From Selaginella moellendorffii (Eukaryota > Plantae > Lycopodiophyta), in NCBI RefSeq assembly GCF_000143415.4, contig NW_003314443.1:62001-126000 (forward strand): a DNA stretch of 64,000 bases. Direction: 5' to 3'. Below, piece after piece: positions 10,510-23,900 of this stretch (the first letter of the stretch is position 1; the number at the start of each line of letters is the position of its first letter). Under the pieces are notes generated by a model, which was not told where the DNA came from, made no database searches, and saw only the letters and a program-made list of their open reading frames with translations. A program made the translations under genes and the position numbers.

Positions 10510-12346
10510 CAAGCAAAAGCTATACTATGCCTTAGGTTGGTTGGTTAGCCATGCTTGACCTACTTATTATCCCTACTATCCCACAACCCACCGCCCCCCC
10601 CCCCCCCCAACTTTCAATAAATGGTAATTAGGACCAAACAATATTAACACATAGGGTGTGATAGCGAGGGTGTTTAGTAGACATGATAAGCTATCATTTG
10701 GCAATATTAAGGAATTAATTTCAATATGCAAAGGTTCTTGTCAAGCCATTGTAATATAAAGCAAAAGAGAACTAAAGCCAAGCTAAGTGTGCTTAACAAG
10801 AAATGCATAAAAGTTTCTACCTTACATTCATTTGGCTAAGTACAGATGCTAAGCCCAATTTACTAACACTTGAATAAGAGGGGCTGAAAAAGGAACTAGC
10901 AATACTAACATTTTTCTGTCGTGGTAGTAAGGAAAGAATATCCAAAAGGGCTAATCGACAAGTAACTTTCAATACATGTAATCTTATTTATGACACTTTT
11001 TCCCCCTTAGGGAAGATCAACATTTTTATCAATGCACACTATAGTCTACACCACTGCTAAGGAAACAATTTTAAGAAAATTTCACAGTGATGACACTATA
11101 TGAGAAATGCACCAACTTATGATTTAGGGTAATCTTGTTGTCTAACACAAATGCGCTATAAAGTCAAACACCTTCTGGTCATCACCGACAAGAAAATGAT
11201 CAATAGAATTAGCCACCCTTGCTACTTTAGTGTCACTTAACTTACAAAAGAGTGATATATCCCTACCCATAGGTGACATAAAGAAAGAAGCTAGAAGCCT
11301 CAACCTTTATGAGCAAAGAAAATAAACTAGTTAGTAAAGTTTAGATAAAGTATTGTAAATAGGTAGTTAGAGTTATTTATATGGTCACACATTTTTTATG
11401 ATATAAGGAACATCGACAGAGAGGCAGATGATATGATTAGTCAATAGTAGCTACTCCATGATTAAAGATTTCACAATACACACAAAGTGTTGAAGCCAGT
11501 TTGCCTTCAAATGGAAAGATGAAGAGATGGATAATATCAAAGTCATAGATAATGATATCTTAAAGACTTAAGTATTAGTGAATAAATCTTAGATTAAAAG
11601 TTTTCCAAGTAATTTATCATCCGATAAACCAATATTAGAGTACAAGAACCACCAAGATCATCATCACTATCAAACAAAATTCAATACCATTATATAGTAT
11701 AGAATATCATTAAAAAAACTCAATAATAAAACTTAACTATCAAAGATTGCAGATAATATGCTAAACAACTTATGTAAGATAACTCAAAGAACAGAAAGTA
11801 TCATCGATTGGTAAATAAAATGCTCGTGAATGTATCATCCAAAGGAAATAATATCCAATCTATTAAAACTAACTATAACAATAATCAATAGAACAAAATG
11901 AATGTGACAAAACCAACAAACACTCATTTACGCCAATAATCACATTAGCCAACTTAAATAAATCCTAGTCAACAATACAAAGGAACTCAAGTTGCTTAAA
12001 CAAGTGTTAGTAACATCCTACCAATATCTTAAACCCAAAAAGCCAAACCAGACCAAACCATAAAGAATATGTGGTAATGTGAAAAGCCAAAAGCTATCAA
12101 AGAGAATAACTAACTATCATGAAAGATCATCAATCATCCCATTAATGAAGAGATGTATAATCATCGTCAAAGAAAGAATCCACCATCTTAAAGAATGATA
12201 AATCATTCTAGATCAATAATAATTAAGCAAAACCTTTGACAAGAATAATCAACTATATTAAATGATAATTAATCATCACCAATGATTATCAGATGTAAAT
12301 ATTAACTTCAATATTGAAGCTAATAAACAAAAAATGTCTTCCCCAA
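10510..12346 (-). mobile_element. Decayed Gypsy element family A: deleted 3' LTR (~10510-10995), PPT and non-coding 3' internal region
   Basis: Colinear diverged homology with 61500-63531. LTR edge ...TGACA at 10995 followed by CTTTTTCCCCCTT (PPT on -). Interrupted at 12347 by another LTR. Confidence 0.8.
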
Positions 12347-13431
12347 TGTAAGCTACAAATTTTTCCTTTCCAATTTGCCAGCTTACCTCGTCTACCTGAC
12401 CAACACTGCCTTGGCTTTAGCTAAGTTCCCTTGTCAAGGTTCCTGCCTATGGTACCAGCTACTTGGTCCTATTTGGTTTTAGCTACTCACTGCACGAGCA
12501 ATAGAGTGTTAGCCATCCATCTACGGATTCCCAAATCTCTCATAATCCTCCTCCCCGGGTTAAACTGGACTTAAGGGTTCGGCTACACTCCCCGCAGGCA
12601 CAAGCAGCCAAGCACACCAAACCTCCAAGTTCCTAACATCCCTTGGTACCATAAGACTTGATCATGGGACCCTCTAAATCCCAAATCTTGGGTGCAACAC
12701 ATGCTTCGGGACACTGGGGTGAAACACCATAGCCTAACGGCCTGATATGGGTACCTCTACCCCCCCATTTCCATCCCGAAGGGAAGGCCCAAGCCCCTAG
12801 GAAAGGTGAGGACCAATGAGCCACAAGGTACTCAAGTGGGGCACCACTCCACCTGAGCTGGGAGCACCGCAATCGGTTTCCCTTTCGGGAGTGGGAGTTA
12901 CTCTTGAGCACTTCCTTGGGTGGCCCCTCCAGCACCACCCAAGTCCATGTTCACTCCCACCCAAGGCCCCTCAGCCTCAGTTTCAACCTCAAGTCAGTTT
13001 GGAAGCACCACTGGAGAGTTCTTTCAAGACTGGTTCCTAGACCTCACTATCCCTACTATACTTTTGGAACCCCCGTAGCCCCCCCCCCCCCCGAAGACGC
13101 ATGCTTTGGGCTTTCACCCTTTGACCTGTATTAGTACTCGGACTCAGTCTCAGACTCGATCTCGGACTTGATCTCAGACCTGATTTTGGACTTGGTCTCG
13201 GACTCGATCTCGGACTCGGTCTCGGACCCAATCTTGGATCTCGGACTCTGTTTCGAACTTGGTCTCCGAGTTGGCCTCGGACTTGTTCTCGGACTCTATC
13301 TTGAACTCGGTCTCAGAGTTGATCTTGGACTCGATCTCAGACTCGGTCCCATCCGATGAACTCTTTGTCATTTCGGTCATACTTTCGGGGATCCTTTAGC
13401 CTACGACACCTTAGGGAGTTGGTTCCTTACA
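12347..13431 (-). repeat. 3' LTR of the chromovirus
   Basis: TG...CA ends with TGTAAG/CTTACA inverted termini. Adjacent PPT. Internal hexamer-derived array 13135-13350. Confidence 0.85.
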
Positions 13432-16400
13432 ACTTCACCACCCATAGAAGAAGTTCGATGCCTACATCAAACATCTTTTTTTATCCTACAACTTGTTGAC
13501 CATGTCTCCGGGGGCATCCCCCCACTTAGCGGTGTGCCTAAGTTAGCCTCCCTGGCCAAGAGCCCATGACAACGGAATATAGGTGTCCCTATACCCCTCA
13601 CCTCACCACACCCTAGTATGGGGTCAGGACTTGAACTCAGTCTTGCTTTACTAGGGGGTTGGGACTTGAACCCTAGAATATGTCTATGGATTCGACATCC
13701 CCGTGGGGAGTCGGGCATAGTTCCCTACGCCTGGTTGACCTAGCTAACCCAAGCTAATTAGTTTACCTTCGGCGCGCCTTCGGGTCTAACATGTGCCATT
13801 GCTCAATTTCACAAAGTGATACTTTAATTGAACTTTGCATAAGTACACAGAGTTCTGCCATGCAAAAATACCTCCACTAAATCTCGTGCGTTCGCTAGGT
13901 TCTCCTCCGGTTCCTATGTTGCTTTGCAGTGTGGAAATCCTTTCCACTTCAAATGGAACTCTCTTACCTTGCGTCCTTATCGCTTGCTTTTGTGCGCATT
14001 GAGGATAGCCTCGACTTCGTATTCCTCTTCCCTTTGGATAACCTCAAGTAAGGGTTTTACTTGGTCCGTGCGAAGTGGATCCTCAAAGTACAGCTTGAGT
14101 AAGTTCACGTGGAACACTGGGTGCACCTTCCCCATCTCTTGAGGAAGTCGAAGACAGTAAGCCACTTTACCGATTCGTGCCTCAATCTCGTAAGGCCCCG
14201 TGAACCTACTTAAGGAACTCAAGATCAATTCATTTATAAGAATACATGCATTTTTACCTTTGGGTCAACTTTCGGCTAATCCCACTTAGTAGCCTAAGGT
14301 TCTTGGTGTTCAGCCACACGTTCTCCCTAGCTTGGAACTCTACATCCCGGCGCTTTTGGTTCGTGTACTTGGTTTGCCTTTGTTGAGCCTGTTCCACGAA
14401 ATCCCTCACTAGATTCCAAATGTTGAGTCTTTCCGCTGTGAATGCCTCCACTGCAGGTAACTCTCCATGATACTCGGCCATGCCGAGTTTCACATGACCT
14501 TCAATAGCTCGCCCATTGATGACTTCCCATGGACTCACCCCGATACTCAAATGTGGTGAGTTGTTATTACACATTTCCGCAAGTCCCAAATGACTTACCC
14601 AATCGGTCTAGTCTCTCGAGACATAGCATCGCAAATAATCCTCCAGCTGCCTATTCACCTTTTCCGTTTATCCGTCTATCAAGAAGTGTTAGTGCTATCA
14701 AACTTGACTTAATACCCAATACTTGTTTGTGGGTGATAGGCTATGCTAAATTTCAACTTGGTGCGATATTGTTCCAGAAGAGTTCTCCAGAACCTCCTGG
14801 TGAAGATCTTATCTCGATTTGAGATAATCTCTTCTGGCCTTCCCCGCACTTGAACCACTTGTTTGAAGAATAGCTTGCGTCCTTGTCGCTTGCTTTTGCG
14901 CGCATTGAGGATGGCTTCGACTTTGTATTCCTCTTCCCTTTGGATAACCTCAAGTAAGGGTTTTACTTGGTCCGTGCGAAGCGGATCCTCAAAGTACGAC
15001 TTGAGTAAGTTCATGTGGAACACTGGATGCATCTTCCCCATCTCTTGAGGAAGTCGAAGACAGTAAGCCACTTTACTGATTTGTGCCTCAATCTCGTAAA
15101 GCCCCGCGAACCTACTTAAGGAACTCAAGATCAATTCATTTATAAGAATAAATGCATTTTTACCTTTGGGTCAACTTTCGGCCAATTCCACTTGGTAGCC
15201 TGAGGTTCTTGGTATTCAGCCACACCTTCTCCCCAGCTTGGAACTCCACATCCCAGCGCTTCTAGTTCGCATACTTGGTTTGCCTTTATTGAGCCCATTC
15301 CAAGGAATCCCTCACTAGATTCCAAATGTTGAGTCTTTCCGCTGTGAATGCCTCCACTGCGGGTAACTTTCCATGATACTCGGCCATGCCGAGTTCCACA
15401 GGACCTTCAATAGCTTGCCCATTGATAACTTCCCATGGACTCACCCCAATACTTGAGTGTGGGGAGTTGTTATAGCACATTTCCGCAAGCCCCAAATGAC
15501 TTACCCAATTGGTTAGGTCTCTCGATACATAGCATCGCAAATAATCCTCCAGCTGCCTATTCACCTTTTCCGTTTGTCCATCTATCAAGAAGTGTTAGTG
15601 CCATTCAACTTGACTCAATACCCAATATCTGTTTGTGGGTGATAGGCTGTGTTGAATTTCAACTTGGTGTGATATTGCTCCAGGAGAGTTCTCCAGAACC
15701 TGCTGGTGAAGATCTTATCTCGATCTGAGATGATCTCCTTTGGCCTTCCCCGCACTTGAACCACTTGTTTGAAGAACAGCTTCGCCACACCTTCCGCATC
15801 CACCTCCGTTGTGGTGGGTATGAAATGTGCCATTTTCGAAAATCGGTCCACCACCACGAATATCACATCAAACCCCTCACTTGGGGGAAGTCCCATGATG
15901 AAGTCCATCGTAAGACATTTTCACAAATGATCTGGAATTGGGATGCTTTGTAACAAGCCCCCACTAGCCTTAGTCACGGCTTTGACCTGCTGACATGTTG
16001 GGCATGTCTTTATATAGTCTTGGATGTCGTTAGCCATATTTAGCTAGTGGTACTTCCTTTTGAGTAAACCCATCGCTTTGGGCACTCCGCCGTGTCCCGC
16101 AAGAGGTCCTTTATGACACTCTTCTAAAGCTACCTTCCTTAGTTCCCCTTCTAGAACATACACCCTCGTTTGCTTGGAATAGATGAGTCCGTTGTGTTCT
16201 GCATAGCCCGTTTTTTTTTCCGTTGGTAGCTCACCTCTCTGGTGAGCTTCCCGTGCCTCTAGACTCCTCAGCAACACTTCTTGTGCTAAACCATCATTCT
16301 CGTATGCGGTCTGCATATCATCCTAAAAGGTTGCTGTCGCGCTGGATATCGCCAACTTCAAGCTTGCTTTTCGACTTAGCACATCTGCCATGATGTTGCT

Positions 16401-19165
16401 CTTCCCAGGCTTGTACAGAATCTCGCAATCAAACTCGGCCAAAGCATTGGCCCACTGACCCTGTTTCCCTCTCAGGTCGGGTTGTGACAAGAAGTGTTTT
16501 GTTGCCACATTGTCCGTGTAAACCTTGGAGTGTCTCCTAAGGTAGTGTCGCCACTCCTTAAGTGCCTTGACCACCACAAACAATTCCTTCTCATGGGCAG
16601 GCCACTTCTATTGAGCCTTGTCCAACTTCTTTGAGAAGACCATTGAATGTACACAAGTTAAGAGCATTCTTGGGGCTATGCAACTACTATCGAAAGTTTA
16701 TCAAACACTATTCGAGAGTAGCCCTACCCTTAATGAACCAAACGAGAAAAGGGAAGATGGTATGGACAATGGAATGCGAGGTGGCATTTGTCCACCTCAA
16801 AGGGAAGTTGAGGAAGGCTCCCCTGTTGGCATTACCAGATTTTGGTAAGGACTTTGAGGTAGAAACAGACGTTGGGTGCAGTTTTGAAGCAAGATAACCA
16901 TCCAGGATTGGTCACTCCCAATCCTGGATCGCGTGGACCTTCTCATGGTCCACCTTGAGCCCGTCCTTGCCCACCACATGCTCGAGAAACTTTACCTCTT
17001 GTTAAGCAAAGTCACATTTGCTCTCTTTAGCATACAACTGGTGTTCCCTTAGTTTCTCAAACACCTTCGTCAAGTGTTTGGTATGCTCCTCTAGCGTTTC
17101 GCTATAGATCAGGATGTCATCAATATAAACAACCACAAAATGATCCAGATAGAGTACAAAGATGTGGTTCATCAACGCCGAAATCGTTGCTGGTGCATTG
17201 CATAGTCTGAAGGGCATCACCAGAAACTCAAAGCTCTCATACCTTGTTCGACAGGTTGTCTTCTCGACATCTTCCTCTGCTACCCTTATCTAGTAGTATC
17301 CTAACCTTAGGTCAATCCTCGAGAAGTATTTTGCCTTTCCCAACCTATTGAACAAATCCTTAATCTTTGGCAAAGGGTATTTGTTCTTCTTTGTATACTT
17401 ATTGAGCAACCGGTAGTCTATGCATATGTGCATAGATCTATCTTTCTTTTTCACAAATAACATCGGCGCCCCATATGGCGACTTGCTCAACCTAACATAC
17501 CCTTTGTCCACCAACTCCTATAGTTGGCACTTGAGCTCCTCGAGTTCCTTTTTGTTCAAATGATAGGGGGGACGAACCACCATCTCAGCACCCTCGACCA
17601 GCTCAATCTTATGTTCTATCGGTCGTGCGGGGGGCAACCCCACTAGTAGCTCCTCCGGCATGGTATCCTGGAATTGGTCCAACACCCACTGGATCACTAA
17701 AGGTACTTCTTCCATTCCTGTCTTTTTGTCACTCTTCACCGAGAGTAAGCACAAAAATGTTGCCTTAGTTCCTTTAGTGAGTTGTCCCCTTGTGGAAACC
17801 AAGTTTAGGTAGGAATCTTTGGCCTTGCATTGCCCTACCTTTAGATCCTAGGCCTCCATCCTGGATTTTCTTCCTTGGGCATTTACTAGTACCACAAGGT
17901 TCCTACCTTGTCCATGCAAGGTTACCACGAACCGATTTAACCAATCCATCCCGAAGATTACGTCAAATCTAGCCATGTCCAACATGGTGAAATCCATGTC
18001 TATTTTCCATGTCCTTACTTTGACTCTCGCTTGTCAAAGTACCTCATCGGTGCTTTGGCTACCTTGAACAAACTCTATAGTCCTTCGTTCGCCCAGCCGC
18101 TGCACCGTTAGTCTAGCTTGCCAGACTATGTCTACAGCCACAAAATTGTCCGAAGCACCCATGTCAATAAGGATCTTAACAAAGCTACCTCTGAGCTTCC
18201 CTCGGAGGGCTAGTAGATGCCGCGAATGACTCTCTACCAAAGTTGCTCGTGTAATGAATAACTTTGAGTTAGGGACTGAATCACATACCTCAATTTGGAT
18301 TTCACCCAACTTAATGGCTATATTTGCTCTGGCCTTCTTCAGGTAGGGATATTCCCTCGAGAAGTGTCCCGCTTCACCGCAGTTGTAGCATACGTTGTTT
18401 CCCACGCTGCTAACTGACTTGCCCTTCTTATCCGTGGGTTTGTCTTTTTTTGCTTGACTCCCCCATGTACTCGCTCGCTGACCACCGGATCTACCTTTCT
18501 AAAACCCCAAGGACTCATTCTTAGAGAAACTCTTCTTGAATTTCCCTTTGTTATATGTTCCCCTTAGTTTCGCCCCTTTGCTAAACATGGATCCATATCC
18601 CCCATATCTGTGACCAGTATCCTCTTTGCCACAAACCCATTCACATACTCTTGAATGGTTCCGGTCTGCTTTAACCTACTCAGCTCATCCCTTAGGTGCA
18701 GAGTAGCATTTGGACAAACGTATATCACGCGGATCCTCGCCTTCATCATTTCCCAAGTTGCCACCAGTCCTTTGTTGGCCTTTGTCATTCTCCACCAAGA
18801 CTTGGCATTATCTGTCAAGTATGGTTTTGCACATAGGACCTTCTCCGAGCTCGGTAACCGCAATGCTCGGAAGTAGTCCTCGATATCGTAAAACCAATCC
18901 TCCACCACCTTATAGTCATTCACTCCCTTGAAGACCGGTGGGGGCTTTGGTTTGTACTTCAGAACTGCTTGAGGGACTGATTCCACTTTGGTCTATTCGA
19001 CCTTGTTTGGTTTTACCTCAGTCCTTACCGACAGGTCTGCACCTTTTGCACTGCCAGCATCGACAGTCTTTCGCTTTTTCTTCCGCTTCTCATCACGCTT
19101 TAGCTTGCGTACAAGAGTCTCTAGCAGGGCATTGGTCTGTGCCAATTGTCCTTCTAGAACATTCA
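12347..19165 (-). mobile_element. Ty3/Gypsy chromovirus-type retrotransposon, degenerate, 5' LTR missing
   Basis: 3' LTR 12347-13431 (TGTAAG...CTTACA), PPT 13432-13445. On - strand: gag (18564-19190), zinc knuckle CYNCGEAGHFSRE, protease ILIDMGAS, RT VVVYIDDILIYS, RNase H, integrase (GHGG, MDFIMGLP, AYHPQTDG), chromodomain EEEYEVEAIL. Many stops and frameshifts. Confidence 0.93.
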
Positions 19166-19614
19166 AATTTTTCCAATCTACTTTAGTCACTTAACCACAC
19201 TTCCAACCGCTTGGAGGAGTCTTATTCACAACCTCCATAAGTCCAATTCAGGACTTTGGACTTGCTAGCCCCAAGAATGGCATCCATGCCACTCAACATT
19301 TGCATCTGGTCCAAGTGCTCCACGTGTCCGATCCCATGACCGACACTCAAAGGTACCACCGACATGGCAGCCTGTTACGCTAGGGCCATGCCCAATCACC
19401 TTTGCCACACTAGTAGTCCAATACCACTTGCATCACAGTCTTGGCTCTCCAAGACTAGGCAAACCATCCGTGAGTGGTCATCTCAGATCCACTCCTTAGC
19501 ATCCTTAGGATGCCCACCGACAAGAGGAATAGCCTTCCCCAATATCCCTCTGTCAGTCCCCACTAAGTCCCTTTCTGCCCCTGGCCGTGTTTGCCAACAC
19601 TGCCACTGGATCGA

Positions 19615-19714
19615 NNNNNNNNNNNNNNNNNNNNNNNNNNNNNNNNNNNNNNNNNNNNNNNNNNNNNNNNNNNNNNNNNNNNNNNNNNNNNNNNNNNNNN
19701 NNNNNNNNNNNNNN
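19615..19714. other. Assembly gap (100 N)
   Basis: Run of n characters inside the 3' LTR. Confidence 1.
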
Positions 19715-20229
19715 CACACAACTATGTCCTTGGTCACAACCCCAGAGGACTACTCCTCTACCTTTCCACAGTCTGGGCCTTTAGGACAACATTTCGGAAC
19801 ACCATGGCCTTACGCGAGCCACCTGGGTACTCTCCCCGCCTTCCGCCCTTGGGTGCTCTAGCCATGGGCTTAGAGCGAGGTTCCGTTGAGCCACGCCTGG
19901 TATCCAAGTAGGTAGTGCCACCCACACTTGGACTGGGAGCATCGGCCAGTCGATCTCCCGGGGGAACTAGAGCCGGCTCTTGAACACTTCACCAAGCTAC
20001 CCCGCTTGTCGGTCCGTGTTCACTCTAGTCTTGGACTTCCCAGTGGTCAGCTCATCACCCAACACTGGGTCTGGCCTTCCTGGGCCAAACTGGCCTTTCC
20101 TGGCTAAACTAGCTCCACTGGGCTCCAACCCCCACACTCTCCTTACTATACTTTTGGAACCCCCCGCAGCTCCCCCCCCCCCCTGGGGGACGATCGCTTT
20201 GGGCTTTCACCCAATTGCCTGTATTAGTA

Positions 20230-20256
20230 TTCGGACTCGGACTCGGACTCGGACTT

Positions 20257-20295
<39 letters not shown>

Positions 20296-20940
20296 TCCAT
20301 CTCGAACTCGGTCTCGGTCTCGGTTCCATCTCGAACTCGGTCTCGGTTCCATCTCAGACTCCACCTCGGGTCCATCTCGGACTCTATCTCGGGTCCCATC
20401 TCGGACTCCATATCGGACTCCATCTCGGACTCCATCTCGGACTCCATCTCGGACTCCATGTCGGACTCCATGTCGGACTCCACTTCGGGTCCATCTTGGA
20501 CTCCATTTTGGACTCCATATCGGACTCCACTTCGGGTTCATCTCGGACTCCATTTTGGACTCCATATCGGACTCCACTTCGGGTCCATCTCGGACTCCAT
20601 CTCGGACTCCATATCGGACTCCACTTCGGGTCCATCTCGGACTCCATCTCGGACTCCATATCGGACTCCACTTCGGGTCCATCTCGGACTCCATATCGGA
20701 CTCCATCTGGGACTCCACTTCGGACTCCATATCGGACTCCACTTCGGGTCCATCTCGGACTCCATATCGGACTCCATCTCGGACTCCACTTCGGACTCCA
20801 TATCGGACTCCACTTCGGGTCCATCTTGGACTCCACTTCGGACTCCATATCGGACTCCACTTTGGGTCCATCTCGGACTCCATCTCGGACTCCATCTCGG
20901 ACTCCATATCGGACTCCACTTCGGGTCCATCTCGGACACT
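20230..20940. repeat. Hexamer/12-mer minisatellite within the LTR
   Basis: (GGACTC)n and (GGTCTC)n, then 12-bp units CTCGGACTCCAT / TCGGGTCCAT. Generates spurious repetitive ORFs in all six frames. Confidence 0.95.
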
Positions 20941-23900
20941 TCCACGTGTCATGTGTTGGTCCTTTTTGGGTCCCTTTTTGGAGCCTTGCTTATTGCTCGC
21001 TTCGTGCTCGCTCCTTGAGCACTTTGTTGGGAGTTCCACTCCCTCTCTCGACCTTCCAAGTCAGAGCTTTTAGTCCAAACGTGTTACACTCGTTTGGCTT
21101 TTGCTTCGGCCACTACCACGTGGCACCCTTTCAGGCTCCACTTTGGGGCCTAGGGATTTTGTATCTCACAACTCCACCACCCATAGACGAAGTTCGATGT
21201 CCTCATCGAACGGTAAACCATTTTATAAAGTAGCACCCACATGTGTTACCATTTCCATCCTTGGCACCTAGCTAATATTAGTCAATGGTTTGACATTGAA
21301 GGCTCACCATGCCTTTTCCATATTCGTCAATGGTTTGACACCAAAGGCTCACCATGCCTTGCCCATCCTCTAAGGAGGGTAGTCTCTCCAACTTAGAAAC
21401 TGATTGGACCACATGTAGTGGTTCTCTCCTTTTATTGGTTTAGTTCTCGCTAAACCTCTTAGAAACCCTTCTCTAAGTCAATCCCCACTACTCCTCGAGT
21501 AGTCTTAATTTCCATCGATTGAACGTTTGCACTTTGGAACTTTTACTCTTTGACTTCTAGAAGTCAATTTCCTAAGTGCCTCCAACACCTTGCATTGCAC
21601 ATATTGTGCAACTCCACTTCCCCATCCTAGGAAGTTCTCTACTTAGGGCACCATCATCCTCTCTTCTATTTCGTGCCACCTTGGGCACTAAGTTCCAATT
21701 ATCATACTTTGCGCTAGGGCTATCCATGGCCCTATCATTTGGCTACCTTACCGCTCCCTCCCTTGGAACTTCCCTTTTCGCCAAATCGGAGCAATTCAGA
21801 ATCCATCCTTGGAAACACACTTCCTTTCCCGCAATTTGTTAGCGTCCAACACATTAGTGTTCCTCGCCTAACTTTACCACTGGGATTCCTTCCAAGGGAT
21901 TCCATGGCCCTATCTTGACCACTCATCTTTTGCTCCTATCCATTAATTATTGCACCAAGCAACACCAAATTTCTACCTCCCTCCTTGAGGTATTCTTTTG
22001 ATTCCATAGCAAAGGCTCTGCTTTGCCAAGACTAGGGTGTTCACCCCTAGTAAGTCTCTTTAGCATTTTCTGCTGTGGGCTCTATCCATAGCCCAACTTC
22101 GTGACCCTCCCATGGGTCTCTTATAGAAACTACTTTCCTCGGGCACACTATGCCATCGCAATGACATAGCTCATCTCCCAAAGGTGTTTTTCCCACTTGG
22201 TCACCTTGACCAAGCCACACCATCATCAATAGTTCAAATCAACACTTTGAACTAGGGACCTTATTCCTTAACCCAAACAAGGACCTTGTCCTTTATTAGC
22301 CACAAGATCACCTAGTGATCTCCCCTCGGCACCTTAACAAGTTTGCCAATAGGTACTAGGTCTTCCAGACCTTTAACTTGTTAACTACGACCCCGGGGGC
22401 ATCCCCCACGCTTGGCGGTGCGCCCAAGCCAGCCCTTTTGGCTAAGGGTCCATAGCAACTGAGACTGGGTGTCCCCATCTCATTCACCACGTCCTTGGTG
22501 CCACTTGCACCAAGGTGTTCAAGTTAGATATGCTGAGCCACACTAAGCAATCTAACCGTGCATCACGACTCCGAGGCATCCCTCGTTTGGCGGTGTGCCC
22601 AAACCAGTCTCCACACTGAGAGTCCATGACCACCGAAAAATGAGTGTCCTCATATTCCAAACCATCACCACGCCCTAGTGAGTTGGGATTCGAACCCAAG
22701 CACTAGAGGGTCGGGACTCAAACCCAACCTCCGTATATGCATCTACGGACAGCATCACCTAGGATGCCTGGCGTGACTCCCCACGCCGGTGCACCAACTT
22801 ATACTCAAAGCGCGCTATAGATCACAGCTTAGGAACTTAGTTCCTCCACACTGCCAAGTCCTCTCACTTGACAAGTTTGTGATCATGCATGGACTCCTCC
22901 ATGCTTGGCCCCATGGCCCACCCTTTTTGAAGTTATCACCTTCAACTAGGGTATTTGTTCCCCTCACTTGCCAATCTCGCTTTGGCAAGTACTTCGACCA
23001 CTGTAACATGGTTCCTGCACAAGCGTGAAGCCCTTGATCATCGACTTTCGTTCAAAGCCCTCTCTTTGAACACTCGGGAATTACTTTCCTAACCTTGATA
23101 GCCTTGCCTCATGGCAAGCTTCAAGACCACGCTTCTGCTGCACCACTCTGATTTCGCGCGTTCCTTGAACCATTTACACTTGGCCTTTCTAGGCACTAAG
23201 CTACCTAGAATCATCTTTGGGAACCTTGAAGGAACTCTGTCCCTTAACTTGCTAAGGCCTCCCTTTTTGCAAGCTTTCCAATTACCATATAGTCTAACAT
23301 GGACAATTCCATATTTTAGACTCTCCATGGCATCACGGTTGCTAGCGGCAACACCCTTGAGCCCCCACTTGATTCTCCACTCCCAGCTGGCATAACCAAC
23401 TTTGGTTATGCCCTTCGATTCCTATGGTTCGGTTCTATCCCCTTACTTCTTGCTTTTGGCTTCACACCTTTCCTTCGGTCATTCTCCTCCAGACTAGGAG
23501 GATAGTTTTGCACTTTCTATCATGCCTTAGCAAGTATTCTTAGGGATGAACCTACCCGATAGCCTAGGGAGTGGTTCCTCAATCAAGGTATGCTCACCCT
23601 ATAATCCCACACATTGGGATTACGCTGTTGCTTACGGGCCTTTACATGCCCATCACTAGCCTTGCCAAAATTCCATTTTTGGCTCTGTCCAATTCGAGTA
23701 GACAGTCTTCTCCTGTCTCTGCTAACTTTGGACATTTGAATAGCACCATTTCTATCCATCATTCGCTACAGACTTAGTCCCTTGGGCCTTATTTATTACC
23801 CTCACGACATCAAACAGCACCTCCTGGTATTCTAGAGTGTTCAGGTGTCCCAATGACGGCTTCCTTGACAATGAGTATTTCCTTTTATGACATTAACTTA

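Noticed and set aside
13100-13120. Hammerhead ribozyme (retrozyme) in the LTRs
   Set aside because: A GAAA hairpin is present but I found no appropriately placed CUGANGA core.
19980-21233. Long ORFs (267-417 aa) over the minisatellite
   Set aside because: They arise from stop-free 6/12-bp repeats inside an LTR and are open in all frames.
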